From a virus (taxonomy: Duplodnaviria; Caudoviricetes), in IMG/VR virus record IMGVR_UViG_2595698649_000001, positions 1-64,000 of that record: a DNA stretch of 64,000 nt; one strand, 5' to 3'. The notes under the pieces are model-generated. The model was not told the DNA's origin. It made no database searches and saw nothing but the letters and a program-made list of their open reading frames with translations. Below are positions 36,401-46,672 of this stretch, piece after piece. The number at the start of each line of letters is the position of its first letter. Within the stretch, counting starts at the first letter, position 1. The position numbers and the translations under genes were made by a program.

Positions 36401-36485
36401 TGAGGCAAATAGAATAGATGATTTCAGTACAGGTCTTAAAACTAACTTTACTATACCTGCTCAAATAAAAACCTCGCTTGGTTAA
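33435..36485 (+). CDS. gp7: baseplate wedge initiator gp7-like
   Basis: LVEFVKQYY, LYKAKGT..FFRALFN, QDSLYYQDYSYIIK, HPAGF; lies between gp6 and gp8. Confidence 0.8.
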   Translation: MAKFDKKISNLVSRQLPAHIQANHPLLVEFVKQYYVFMDSAQITLSSVSASDQILLEAATGGFVALNATNEFGKDEGDYILSEQESIGEFTKGETITGATSGQTATILAEDTDALKLYVTENSLFVTGETLTGSTSGAQGVISRYRPNPNAHLTQLLEYADVNDTIDDFFKQFRNTFLQTLPNTLTNGLDKRQLTKNIISLYKAKGTKAANEIFFRALFNETPELYYPTVDMMRVSDGNFDTEQIIKATLSAPSDGNMNNLVGKTITQADIVGNDTVDIASSVVEKATISTISLNGVSHDVATFVLNKDSTSGSFSSSGGDGLVLDTAADENDNIILDGTDSSSTNAGDRLIQNTKSIFFGTDNTDSDVTIECNVESILDDVSVNSGGQYYSVGENINFTKEKGGTGAIAQIEQVTYGVIDSVQIENGGSGYAVGDALSVTNPTSGDGLAGTVAVVNGGFTLEGDTHDDGILLLEQGTGFQLVMEAATNSSSNDITKIRLSNKGGGYLSLPTVSVTSTGGSNALVYPVSSSIGKALSAKVIDHGFRYETAPEVSPKLHIQIDTLSSNFTSGETITASSEDYMALEAYEQIDFPILLEDFRQAVIRLEDFERGDLVTEDGEQFALEEFVSGAVPESASPDFLRDETDNDRIVYNEYVLKDNTDYIVLNGTDGSSTNEGGKIQRDDQETASGTFETFDAATNILTLKETTGTFDDKVTITGSTSGETARVRNYNPQDTKASMTATVGTAIETDGSNTGVDGQLSESTKKVQDSLYYQDYSYIIKVGESITEWRDYLKSAIHPAGFYFQGEVAIKTQLNAKMKTGYTRISGLTETDEVVEILSVIFSEKIGRRLGTPTDGTSVRSTPQLGIEGSASFGTTRDVTLNQEITLKTNQQTQQQFRSTDIKQGLVYAGPRMKTIGNLVSGAFDHTPDRMLLNGTDGSSTHGNDGLILEDGGDMKQELGLRDMDSGITIATINSIKLTGTGNTSFDGEANRIDDFSTGLKTNFTIPAQIKTSLG

Positions 36486-36493
36486 ACTGAGCG

Positions 36494-36501
36494 TATAAAT
36501 A
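36494..36501 (+). promoter_or_regulatory. T4-type late promoter
   Basis: TATAAATA before gp8. Confidence 0.75.
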
Positions 36502-36519
36502 GTTTATGACGGAGAAAAA

Positions 36520-37908
36520 ATGCCAGCAATAATAACAAAAGATTTCAGAATACAAAACGCTAATCAGTTCAAAGAGAGTTTTGACGAGAGCGCAGACACA
36601 TATTATCTTGCAATAGGTAGACCACAAGCGTTTGCCAATGACCAAGCATTCAATGATGGTACAGATACATCACCACCAACACCAGTTGATAGTGTAGGTA
36701 GTGTAGATTACTATGTTTATGATGATTTAATGAGTGCAAAAAAGATTACAAGTTCAAATGTATCAGCAGTAATACCAAGAAGAAACTGGACAACTGGTAC
36801 AACTTACGACTATTACAGACATGATTATGGAGAAATAAACTCCGCTGGTTCAGCAATTGCTGCTAATTCAGGTGCAACAACTTTACATGACGCAACTTTC
36901 TATGTAATGAATAGTACCTTTGATGTATATAAGTGTATAGACAATAATGGTGATAGTGCTTCAACAGTAGAACCAACTGGTAATAAAACAACTAGTGTGT
37001 TCTCAACTGGAGACAGTTACAAATGGAAATACATGTACACATTAACTGCTTCTGAACAAGCAAACTTCATGTCAACAGATTTTATTCATTGTTCAACTGA
37101 AAGTACAGACTACTCAACTACTGCTGGTGCAATAGAAAATGCTAAAGTAACGGCAGGTGGGTCATCAGGTACTAATGGTACATATACTAATGTTGATATT
37201 CGTGGTGATGGTTCAAGTGGTAAATGTACAATAGTTGTAGGATCAAATTCAGTAACAAGTGTAACAATCACAACTGCTGGGTCTGGTTATACTTTCGCAA
37301 GTGTTAAGGCAAGTGACTTTGGTAATGTATCAGGCGCAGATATAGATTTCATAATCTCACCTCCAGGCGGACATGCAACAGATGTTATCGCTGAGTTAGG
37401 TGGATTCTTTGTAATGATGAATGTTGACTTTTCAACAGATGAAAGTGGCGAGTTCAATACTTCAAATGATTTTAGAAGAATTGCTCTATTAAGAAACCCA
37501 ACTGATAGTACAACAGGTGCAACAGCAACTGCTTCAACACTAGACGCAACTAAATCAATTACTTTCTCTGGCACACCAGGTACTTTTCAAGCAGATGAAA
37601 AGATTACACAAGCAAGTACAGGTGCTGTAGGTTATGTTGTTGATTATAATTCTACAACAAAAGTTTTAAGATACATACAACCACAATTTGCAAACCAAGG
37701 TATTGATACAAACCAAAATGTAACGGCTTTCTCTGGAACGAATACAGTAACAGGCGGTACTTCAAGTGCAACAGGTACGCCAAGTTCACATGATGTTACT
37801 CCTGAACTAACGGCAGATACAGGTGATATTCTGTACATAGAAAACAGAAAACCTATTAGTCGTGCTTCAGACCAAACGGAGAATGTAAAGTTAATAGTAG
37901 AGTTTTAG
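36520..37908 (+). CDS. gp8: baseplate wedge subunit gp8
   Basis: MPAIIT..FRI.NA, VIPRRNWTTG, VYKCIDN, YKWKYMY, ILYIENRKPI.R..DQTE.VKLIVEF. Confidence 0.9.
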   Translation: MPAIITKDFRIQNANQFKESFDESADTYYLAIGRPQAFANDQAFNDGTDTSPPTPVDSVGSVDYYVYDDLMSAKKITSSNVSAVIPRRNWTTGTTYDYYRHDYGEINSAGSAIAANSGATTLHDATFYVMNSTFDVYKCIDNNGDSASTVEPTGNKTTSVFSTGDSYKWKYMYTLTASEQANFMSTDFIHCSTESTDYSTTAGAIENAKVTAGGSSGTNGTYTNVDIRGDGSSGKCTIVVGSNSVTSVTITTAGSGYTFASVKASDFGNVSGADIDFIISPPGGHATDVIAELGGFFVMMNVDFSTDESGEFNTSNDFRRIALLRNPTDSTTGATATASTLDATKSITFSGTPGTFQADEKITQASTGAVGYVVDYNSTTKVLRYIQPQFANQGIDTNQNVTAFSGTNTVTGGTSSATGTPSSHDVTPELTADTGDILYIENRKPISRASDQTENVKLIVEF

Positions 37909-37917
37909 GAGATTTAA

Positions 37918-40900
37918 ATGGCAACAAACTTTAACGTCTCTCCTTACTTTGATGACTTTTCAGAGGCAAAGAATTTTCATAGAATATTATTTCGTCCTGC
38001 TTTTGCAGTTCAAGCAAGAGAGTTAACACAACTACAAACTATCTTACAAAACCAAATTGAAAGATTTGGTGAACATATGTTCAAAGATGGTAGTATGGTA
38101 ATACCAGGCGAGATAGCACTTAACACAAAATACGAATATGTTAAATTAGCAAGTCATTCTACTTCAACAGTTTCTAACTTACAAGATTTAATTGTAACAG
38201 GTTCTACTTCAGGTATTACAGCAACAGTTGTAAACACAACTGAAGCAACATCAACAGCAGCTGCAACAATCTATGTTTTATATACTGCCTCAGGTACAGA
38301 CAATGCAACTAAAAGATTTACTGAGGGAGAAACTTTAACATTTACATACAATAGCACATCTTCAACGGCAGTTGTAGGTACTTCAGGTACTTCATTACCA
38401 ACAGATAGTAACGCAACTGGTTTTGCTAGTTCAGTAAATGTTCAAGCAGGTGTATATTTTATTAATGGTTTCTTTGTTGCAAATACTGAACAGACTTTAA
38501 TACTAGACCCGTATTCAAACACACCAACATATAGAGTTGGTTTCAATGTAACAGAAAGTTTTGTTACACCGTCAGACGATAGTTCATTAAATGATAACGC
38601 AGCCGGTTCATCTAACGTAAATGCTCCTGGTGCTCACAGATTTAAAACATCATTAACGTTAGTTAAAAAACTTATAACTGAAACAGATGATGAAAATTTT
38701 GTAGAGTTACTAAGAACAGGATCAGGTAATGTTGAAACAATTGTACAAAGAACAGATTACAATATACTAGAAGAAACATTAGCAAGAAGAACGGCAGATG
38801 AAAGTGGTGATTATGTTACTAAATCATTTGACATAGATATAAGAGAACACAAAAATGACGGATCAAATCGTGGTATATATTCTGCTGATGGTTCAAGTTT
38901 ATATAATGGATTAAGTTCAGCTAACTCAGAAGCTAGATTAGCAATTGGTTTATCTCCTGGTAAAGCATATGTTCAAGGTTATGAAATAGAAACAACAGGA
39001 CAAAAATTTGTTACAATAGAAAAAGCAAGAGACTTTGATACAATACAAAACTCTACTACAAGATTAGCAATAGGTAATTTTGTTGAAGTAACAAATGTAC
39101 ATGGTACGCCAGATATAGGAACAGTATCAGGTGAAACAGAAGCGTTTAAAGAATTACAATTATTTAAAAATGCAAATGCTGCCAGAGGTACAAACCTATC
39201 TACAACTAACGTTGATGTAGAACAAATTGGTAGAGCAAAACCTAGATACTTTGAATATAAATCAGGTACTGCTGGTGCAACACTAACAAACACATCTTCA
39301 ATTTATAAATTAGGTTTATTTAATGTTGACATGTTTACACACATTGGTGTCACAAGTTCAGTTGAGTTTGATACAGGTGAAACTCTAACTGGTGGTACTT
39401 CAGGTGCAACTGGTGTTGTAGAGGCAATATCATCTAACACATCAACGGATCCTGACCAGTTTATAACTGAGGACGGATTTAACCTTGTTGATGAAACAGA
39501 TGGTGATGATTTAATTTTAGAACAATCTGTATTTACAACAGTTGTATTAAGTAACGTATCAGGTTCTTTCGCAACTTTAGAAACTATAACAGACGAAAGT
39601 TCAAATAGTGGTGTAGTAATAGCAAACACACCAGAGAGAAAAGGTGTAACTGAATTTGATTTTGCACAAGTTAAGTCAGTTGGTATGACTGGTTCGCCAA
39701 ACTTTACTGCTGATACAGTATTAACAACTACAGCTGCAAATGAAAGAGATGAAAGTAATATAACTATAGGCGGACTAATTAATATAGACGCAAACTCAAA
39801 TGTAGTAAAAGGTAACAACACAGAATTTAATTCAGACTTAAAAGTTGGCGACAACATTGTGTTTGAAGATAACAATGGTAATCAACAAAGTAGATTTGTT
39901 GGTGCTATTGCAGATGATAAAACAATAACATTAACAGCAAATGTAACAGTTGCTGTAACATCAGCGTCAACACAAAGAAGAAGAACAAAATTACAAAACA
40001 TTAATACTACTTCTCTAGTATATAAATTACCTGAGAATGTTATTAAAACATTAAAGACTACAGACAATGCAGGTATCACAGATACAAGTCATAAAGTTAG
40101 AAGACAATTTGTTGAAACTTTATCATCATCTGGTGTTGCTACATTCTCTGCCGGTGCAAACGAAACATTTGACGCACACTCAGAAGCAGATTACACATTA
40201 TCAATAATGACTGCCGGTGCAAGTGCAGGTGCTATAGGTGATATAGTCAGTTTATCAGGCAACAACCATGAAGGTGACGCCATATTCACATTAACTGGTA
40301 GTCCATCAGGTCGTCAAGTACAAATAGATTTAGGTGCTAACTATGCAACTGCTAAAGTTAAATTAATTACAACAATAACTAAATCAGTTGCAGGTGAAAA
40401 AACAAAAACATTAATTTCAGACCAAACACAAACAGTTTCTACACAAGCATTAGCTGAAGAAAAAACAATCAGTTTAGGTAAAGCAGACGCATATGCTTTA
40501 ACAAGTGTTTATATGTCGCCTGACTTTAGTACGGCAGCAACAACAAGTCATACTGATATTACAGATAGATTTACATTAGATACAGGTCAAAGAGATAGTT
40601 TCTATGATATTGCTAGAATAGTAAGAAATGACGGTGCTCAATTACCAACTGGTAGATTGTTAATTACTTTCCAATACTTTACACACGGTACAGGTAACTA
40701 CTTCTCAGTAGATAGTTATTCTGGTGTTGTAGATTATGAAAACATTCCTTTTTTTGAAAGTCCAACAAAAGGTAGAATAGAATTAAGAGACGCATTAGAC
40801 TTTAGACCTAGAGTAGCGGACAATAGTGAAGTTGTAGGTTATGGTAATGTAGATAGTATTGGTGCAAAAAATTATACTGGAGGCGGTGCTTCAACAGTTG

Positions 40901-43900
40901 ATATGCCAAAACCTAGTTCAGACGCAACACTAGACTTTGAATTTTATTTAAGTAGAATAGATGGTATCTTTGTAACTAAAGACGGTCTATTTAAACAAGC
41001 AAAAGGTACTCCAGCAATTGATCCTCAAAGAGCAGAAACAATTGATGACGCAATGCCTTTATATTATCTAACTTTACCACCATACACTTTCTCTACAGAT
41101 GATGTAGCAGTAACAGTAGTTGATAATAGAAGATATACAATGAGAGACATTGGTAAGTTAGAACAAAGAATTAAAAATATAGAATACTATACTCAGTTAT
41201 CTCTACTAGAACAACAAGCAGTTAATACACAAATACAAGACGCAGCTACAGGTTTAGATAGATTTAAAAATGGTATTGTAGTAGATAGTTTCAAAGGTCA
41301 TAATGTTGGTGATACTTTATCAAGTGAATATAGATGTTCAGTTGATATGTCAGAAGGTGAGTTAAGACCAGAACATAATACAAACGTTGTAAAACTTATT
41401 GAGTTAGCCGCAAATGATACAGACGCAGAAAGAACAACTGCTGGTTATCAAAAAACAGGTGACTTAATAACTTTACCATATACTCATTCTAAGTTAACTG
41501 AAAATCCTTATGCAACTAAATCAGTTAACTGTAATCCATTCTTAGTATTTCAATATCAAGGTGATGTTGCATTAACACCAGATGTTGATGAATGGTACGA
41601 TACAACTAGAAGACCTGATTTAATTGTAAACGATAATAACTTATTTGATACAATGACTAGTCTTGCAGGAACAAATAACAATTTAGGTACAGTTTGGAAT
41701 AACTGGCAAACTAACTGGTCTGGTCGTTGGTCGTCTTCAGGTTCTTCAAGTAGAAGAATGGGCGATACAATTCATACAACTACTAGTACAATAGGCGGAG
41801 ATATTACAACAAGAAGTAGAACAGGTATTACTAGAGAAATTTCAGGTTCAAATGTTGTAAGACAATCTTTTGGTGAAAGAATTGTTGATGTTGCGTTCAT
41901 ACCTTTTATTCGTTCTCAAACAATTTCATTCTCAGGTACAAGATTAAAACCAAACACAAGAGTTTATCCTTTCTTTGATAATGTAAATGTATCAACACAT
42001 GTAACACCATCTGGTGGTGTATTAGGTGGTAACTTAGTTACTGGTACAACAGGTACAATTGAAGGAACATTTACAATACCAAATACAGCAAGTGAAAGAT
42101 TTAGAACAGGTGATAGAATATTCAGATTAACAAGTTCATCTTCAAATAGTTCTACAGATGATGATGTAGATACTTTTGCTCAAGGTACATATACTGCTCG
42201 TGGTTTACAAACAACTACACAAGAAACAGTACAGTCAACTAGAGTACCAATTATTGGTAGACAAACTGTAACTGAACAAGATACAAGAAGAACAACAGAT
42301 AGTTTTTCAGTATCACAAACAACACAACAAATTCAAAATAATCCAGACCCATTAGCACAAACGTTTAGTGTTGATGAAGCAAGTGGTGTATTCTTATCTA
42401 AAGTTGATATATACTTTGAAGAAAAAGATGATACAGTTCCAATTAAAGTTTATCTAGTAGAAACTATTAATAGTAGACCTGGTCAAAGAATACTTCCTTT
42501 CTCAGAGGTTACGCTTCAATCAAGTGAAGTTCTTACAAGTGCAACTGCTTCAACAGCAACAGTTGTAACATTCCCATCTCCTGTATATTTACAAGGTGGT
42601 AAAGAATATGCAATCATATTAAAACCTAACAGTCAAAAATATAAAGCATGGGTAAGTAGATTAGGTGATACAGATGTTGGTGGTACAAGACGAGTAACAC
42701 AACAACCTTTATTTGGTTCTTTATTCCGTTCTCAAAATGCAAAACTGTGGACAGAAGACCAAATGGAAGATTTAAAAATTACTTTATACAAAGCTGCATT
42801 TGATACAACTACAAACGGTACATTGTCACTAACAAATGATGATATTGAAACTAAGACACTTGATAACAATGCTATTGAAACAAATGCTACTTCCGGTTCA
42901 GGTACAACATTTGGTGATAACCCAGCGATAATTAAAATTAATCATAGACATCATGGCATGAATGATAATAAACCAAGTAAGGTTACAATCTCTGGTCTTG
43001 GTGGTTCAACTGACTATAATGGTATTCAAGGTAGTGTTATTAATGGTACGCATGATGTAGGTAATGTAACTGAGGATAGTTATACAATTACACTAACTGG
43101 TGATACAGCAACATCAACTGGTAGTGTTGGTGGTTCATCTATAGTTGCAACACAAGATAGAGCATTTGAAAGTATTATGCCTAAAATTGGTATGATGAAT
43201 TTTCCAGATACTACTACTGAACATAAAATTAAAACTACTTCAACAACATCAATAGATGGCACAGAAGCGTCATATTCAACTGATAGTGCATTTACAAATA
43301 TTGTACCAAATGAAAACTTTTACTTTACAAGTGCTAGAGCAGTTGCAAGTTCTATAAACGAAACAACTCACTTATCAGGTACAAAATCTTTATTCTATAA
43401 TATTGTATTACAAACGGCAAATGCTAATGTATCTCCTGTGATTGACTTAGCAAGAACAAATATTTTCTGTACACATAACAGATTAGATAATCCAACTTCT
43501 AGTAATAGAACAGGATTTGTTGCAGAAACAGACCCAACTGGTGGTAATGCGGCTGCTAAATATATTACAAAAGAAATTTCTTTAGAAAACCCAGCAACAG
43601 CATTAGATATTAGAATAGCTGCTAGTGTTTTCCCAACATCTTCAATTGAAGTTTTTAGAAAAGTTAAGTTTGAAGGTGATGATAGACAAATGAAAGATAT
43701 ACCTTATGTACAAATGACACAATCTAATACAGCAGTAAGTGCTGAAGGTAGAAGTCAATCACCGTACAATGCAAACTTTAAAGAAGATTTTTCTGACTTT
43801 GAGTTTAGTGAAGAAGGTATTAATGAGTTTGCAACATTCAAAATTAAAATAGTTATGAAAGGAACTAACCCAGCATATCCTCCTCGTATAACAGATATGA

Positions 43901-43923
43901 GAGCGATTGCGTTAGCAGTATAA
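37918..43923 (+). CDS. large virion structural protein (DUF4815/VrlC-like)
   Basis: NVSPYFDDF..ILFRP..VQARELTQLQ, APGAHR, DRFKNGIVVDSF, DPLAQTF; ends DMRAIAL. Confidence 0.8.
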   Translation: MATNFNVSPYFDDFSEAKNFHRILFRPAFAVQARELTQLQTILQNQIERFGEHMFKDGSMVIPGEIALNTKYEYVKLASHSTSTVSNLQDLIVTGSTSGITATVVNTTEATSTAAATIYVLYTASGTDNATKRFTEGETLTFTYNSTSSTAVVGTSGTSLPTDSNATGFASSVNVQAGVYFINGFFVANTEQTLILDPYSNTPTYRVGFNVTESFVTPSDDSSLNDNAAGSSNVNAPGAHRFKTSLTLVKKLITETDDENFVELLRTGSGNVETIVQRTDYNILEETLARRTADESGDYVTKSFDIDIREHKNDGSNRGIYSADGSSLYNGLSSANSEARLAIGLSPGKAYVQGYEIETTGQKFVTIEKARDFDTIQNSTTRLAIGNFVEVTNVHGTPDIGTVSGETEAFKELQLFKNANAARGTNLSTTNVDVEQIGRAKPRYFEYKSGTAGATLTNTSSIYKLGLFNVDMFTHIGVTSSVEFDTGETLTGGTSGATGVVEAISSNTSTDPDQFITEDGFNLVDETDGDDLILEQSVFTTVVLSNVSGSFATLETITDESSNSGVVIANTPERKGVTEFDFAQVKSVGMTGSPNFTADTVLTTTAANERDESNITIGGLINIDANSNVVKGNNTEFNSDLKVGDNIVFEDNNGNQQSRFVGAIADDKTITLTANVTVAVTSASTQRRRTKLQNINTTSLVYKLPENVIKTLKTTDNAGITDTSHKVRRQFVETLSSSGVATFSAGANETFDAHSEADYTLSIMTAGASAGAIGDIVSLSGNNHEGDAIFTLTGSPSGRQVQIDLGANYATAKVKLITTITKSVAGEKTKTLISDQTQTVSTQALAEEKTISLGKADAYALTSVYMSPDFSTAATTSHTDITDRFTLDTGQRDSFYDIARIVRNDGAQLPTGRLLITFQYFTHGTGNYFSVDSYSGVVDYENIPFFESPTKGRIELRDALDFRPRVADNSEVVGYGNVDSIGAKNYTGGGASTVDMPKPSSDATLDFEFYLSRIDGIFVTKDGLFKQAKGTPAIDPQRAETIDDAMPLYYLTLPPYTFSTDDVAVTVVDNRRYTMRDIGKLEQRIKNIEYYTQLSLLEQQAVNTQIQDAATGLDRFKNGIVVDSFKGHNVGDTLSSEYRCSVDMSEGELRPEHNTNVVKLIELAANDTDAERTTAGYQKTGDLITLPYTHSKLTENPYATKSVNCNPFLVFQYQGDVALTPDVDEWYDTTRRPDLIVNDNNLFDTMTSLAGTNNNLGTVWNNWQTNWSGRWSSSGSSSRRMGDTIHTTTSTIGGDITTRSRTGITREISGSNVVRQSFGERIVDVAFIPFIRSQTISFSGTRLKPNTRVYPFFDNVNVSTHVTPSGGVLGGNLVTGTTGTIEGTFTIPNTASERFRTGDRIFRLTSSSSNSSTDDDVDTFAQGTYTARGLQTTTQETVQSTRVPIIGRQTVTEQDTRRTTDSFSVSQTTQQIQNNPDPLAQTFSVDEASGVFLSKVDIYFEEKDDTVPIKVYLVETINSRPGQRILPFSEVTLQSSEVLTSATASTATVVTFPSPVYLQGGKEYAIILKPNSQKYKAWVSRLGDTDVGGTRRVTQQPLFGSLFRSQNAKLWTEDQMEDLKITLYKAAFDTTTNGTLSLTNDDIETKTLDNNAIETNATSGSGTTFGDNPAIIKINHRHHGMNDNKPSKVTISGLGGSTDYNGIQGSVINGTHDVGNVTEDSYTITLTGDTATSTGSVGGSSIVATQDRAFESIMPKIGMMNFPDTTTEHKIKTTSTTSIDGTEASYSTDSAFTNIVPNENFYFTSARAVASSINETTHLSGTKSLFYNIVLQTANANVSPVIDLARTNIFCTHNRLDNPTSSNRTGFVAETDPTGGNAAAKYITKEISLENPATALDIRIAASVFPTSSIEVFRKVKFEGDDRQMKDIPYVQMTQSNTAVSAEGRSQSPYNANFKEDFSDFEFSEEGINEFATFKIKIVMKGTNPAYPPRITDMRAIALAV

Positions 43924-43924
43924 T

Positions 43925-44143
43925 ATGGCATATTTAAAAGTAGAAGGTCATCAACATATTGTAAGAGATACAAGTTCTAATGGTATAATAAATACTGATA
44001 AGAATGCTTATCAAATACATGTAAATCGTATTAGAGAAGCAAGAAAATCTAGTAACGATTTAAGAAATGCGGTAAGAGATATAAATAATTTAAAACAAGA
44101 AATGTCTGAAATAAAAGGACTTTTATTAAAACTGGTAAAATAA
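43925..44143 (+). CDS. small coiled-coil protein
   Basis: LKVEGH..IVRD..S.GIINTD..Y; C-terminal heptads. Confidence 0.7.
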   Translation: MAYLKVEGHQHIVRDTSSNGIINTDKNAYQIHVNRIREARKSSNDLRNAVRDINNLKQEMSEIKGLLLKLVK

Positions 44144-44144
44144 T

Positions 44145-46025
44145 ATGGCAGCAAGACAAGTAGCAGCAGACGCAACGATAGAACAATTAAGAACAACTTT
44201 TAATACTCTATCAGCAACAGACTTTGGTGATATATCTGCTTTAAATTCATCTATTAGTGCAAGTAACCTTGTAGCGGCGATGAACGAGTTAGAAGGTGAA
44301 GTAACTCCTTTCTCAGCAGCTTTTATTGCAACACAAACAGATTTAGGTGCCGCTCCAGCAACTGGTGACAGTATAGTTATTAGAGACGCTGATGCTAGTG
44401 CATTGAAAGAAATGACTATTGCTAATTTATTTACTAGTCCAGCAATAGATACAATTACTGCCGGTACATTTACACTAGACGCTTCAGCAGATGTTAATAT
44501 AGACGCTGGTGGCGGAGATATTATTTTAAAAGATGACGGTACTGAATTTGGTAGATTAACAAACAATGCAGGTCAATTATTAATTAAATCAAGTTCAAGT
44601 GCTACAACAGCATTATCATTAAATGGTGCCAATGTTACTGTTGCAGGTAACTTAACAGTATCAGGTACTACAACAACTGTGGATTCATCTACTGTTAATT
44701 TACAGACTGGATTTATATTTGAAGGTTCAAGTGCTGATAGTTTTGAAACAACATTAACAGCAACTGACCCAACAGCAGATAGAACAATTACTTTACCAGA
44801 TTTAACAGGTACAGTATCATTAACGAGTGCAACAGAAACTTTAACAAATAAAACTTTAACATCACCAGTTCTTACAACACCTATATTTACAGGTGCAACT
44901 GACCAAAGAGGTTCATTTGTATTTGAAGGTAGTACAGCAGACAGTTTTGAAACAACTGTAAGTGTTGTTGACCCAACAGCAGATAGAACAATAAACTTTC
45001 CAAATGTTTCTGGTACTGTTTTAACAACAGGTAATTTTTCTGATATTACAGCAATAGGTGTTCAATCAGGATCAATTGTATTTGAAGGTTCAACAGCAAA
45101 CAGTTTTGAAACAACTTTAGCAGTAACAGACGCTACTGCTGATAGAACAATTACATTACCAGATTTAACTGGTACAGTTTCTTTGACTACAGCAACTGAA
45201 ACATTAACAAATAAAACACTTACAACTCCAGTAATCGTTGAAGCTACTTCAGGTTCAACTATAACACTTAACGCTACAACTGATATTGTATTAGACGCTG
45301 ATGGCGGTGATGTGTTCTTTAAAGATGATGGAACAACTTTTGGTAGTGCAACAAACACTTCAGGTAACTTGATTATCAAATCAGGTACTACAACAGCATT
45401 AACATTTAGTGGTGCTAATGTTGCAGCTGCAGGTACATTAAGTGCAACAACAATTACTGCTTCTACTGGACTAGAAACAAAAAATGGTGCTACTGGTGCC
45501 GGTTTTGTTAAGTTCTTTGAAGATAGTGATAACGGTACTAACGCTGTAACACTTTTAGGTCCTGCTTCAACAGGTGATATTGATATTACATTACCAACTC
45601 AAGCAGGTACAGTTGTTGTTTCTAATACAACTGATGGTAATGATGTTCAACTAGATAGTTTAGGATTGAATACTGCTGCCTCTGGTACTGCTGGAGAGTT
45701 GAGAGCAACAAATGATATAACTGCCTTTTATAGTTCAGATGTATCATTGAAGGAAAATATTGTAGAAATACCATCTGCCTTAGATATGGTAGATAAAATA
45801 AGAGGAGTTTTCTTTGATTGGAAAGATGACTATATAGAAAGTAAAGGCGGCGAAGACGGATACTTTATGAGAAAACATGATGTAGGTTTAATTGCACAAG
45901 AAGTTGAGGCAGTTTTACCTGAGATTGTAGGTACTAGAAAAGATGGTATCAAGGCAATCAAGTATGACAGATTGACTGCTTTACTATTGCAAGCGATTAA
46001 AGAATTGCAAGCGAAAATTAAATAA
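44145..46025 (+). CDS. tail fibre with C-terminal peptidase S74 intramolecular chaperone
   Basis: FEG..ADSFETT..DPTADRTI repeats; SSDVSLKENI..GVFFDW..VGLIAQEVE.VLPE.V..YDRL. Confidence 0.85.
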   Translation: MAARQVAADATIEQLRTTFNTLSATDFGDISALNSSISASNLVAAMNELEGEVTPFSAAFIATQTDLGAAPATGDSIVIRDADASALKEMTIANLFTSPAIDTITAGTFTLDASADVNIDAGGGDIILKDDGTEFGRLTNNAGQLLIKSSSSATTALSLNGANVTVAGNLTVSGTTTTVDSSTVNLQTGFIFEGSSADSFETTLTATDPTADRTITLPDLTGTVSLTSATETLTNKTLTSPVLTTPIFTGATDQRGSFVFEGSTADSFETTVSVVDPTADRTINFPNVSGTVLTTGNFSDITAIGVQSGSIVFEGSTANSFETTLAVTDATADRTITLPDLTGTVSLTTATETLTNKTLTTPVIVEATSGSTITLNATTDIVLDADGGDVFFKDDGTTFGSATNTSGNLIIKSGTTTALTFSGANVAAAGTLSATTITASTGLETKNGATGAGFVKFFEDSDNGTNAVTLLGPASTGDIDITLPTQAGTVVVSNTTDGNDVQLDSLGLNTAASGTAGELRATNDITAFYSSDVSLKENIVEIPSALDMVDKIRGVFFDWKDDYIESKGGEDGYFMRKHDVGLIAQEVEAVLPEIVGTRKDGIKAIKYDRLTALLLQAIKELQAKIK

Positions 46026-46045
46026 TAACTAACGGAGAATAAATC

Positions 46046-46282
46046 ATGGCTGAGAAAGCAAAAGAACAACCTAAAGATATTAATTTAGATATGGAACACC
46101 TTACAGTAAAAGGTAAGATACATGCTGAACAATATAATAATCTTAGAGCACAAAAAATCCAACATCAAGTTGAAATAGAAAAAATAGATGTCCTATTGGC
46201 ATACTATACTAAAGTTATTCCAACTGAGGTGTTACCTGAAGACCAAAGACCAAAAAAAGAAACTGAAAAGAAAGATAAGTAA
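46046..46282 (+). CDS. hypothetical protein
   Basis: ORF with RBS GGAG. Confidence 0.6.
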   Translation: MAEKAKEQPKDINLDMEHLTVKGKIHAEQYNNLRAQKIQHQVEIEKIDVLLAYYTKVIPTEVLPEDQRPKKETEKKDK

Positions 46283-46283
46283 T

Positions 46284-46291
46284 TATAAATA
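46284..46291 (+). promoter_or_regulatory. T4-type late promoter
   Basis: TATAAATA. Confidence 0.75.
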
Positions 46292-46309
46292 GTCCCATAA
46301 GGAGAAATT

Positions 46310-46648
46310 ATGGCAGCTATTACTAATCTACTAATTGAACAAGGTGCAAACTTTTCAAGTACAATAACGCTTTTCAATGATGACGACACAGTATTTAACC
46401 TGACTGATTACACAGCTGCAGGTCAAATACGAAAGTCTTACTCATCAAGTTCAGCGTCAGCTACATTTTCAATAGCGTTCTCTGCTGATAGGTCAGCAGG
46501 ACAAATAACACTTTCTTTAACTCCTACTCAGACTGCTGCTTTAGAAGAAGGAAGATATGTTTACGATATTGAAGTTACTTCAAGTGATAGCGTTGTAACA
46601 AGAGTTATACAAGGTACCGTAACTGTGAGTCCAAATGTCACACGGTAA
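46310..46648 (+). CDS. fibre-associated structural protein (Ig-like)
   Basis: NL.IEQGA.F..LTDYT...QIRKSY..GRYVYDIE..RVIQGTVTVSP. Confidence 0.65.
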   Translation: MAAITNLLIEQGANFSSTITLFNDDDTVFNLTDYTAAGQIRKSYSSSSASATFSIAFSADRSAGQITLSLTPTQTAALEEGRYVYDIEVTSSDSVVTRVIQGTVTVSPNVTR

Positions 46649-46672
46649 TATATTATGTCATAAAGGGGTATT

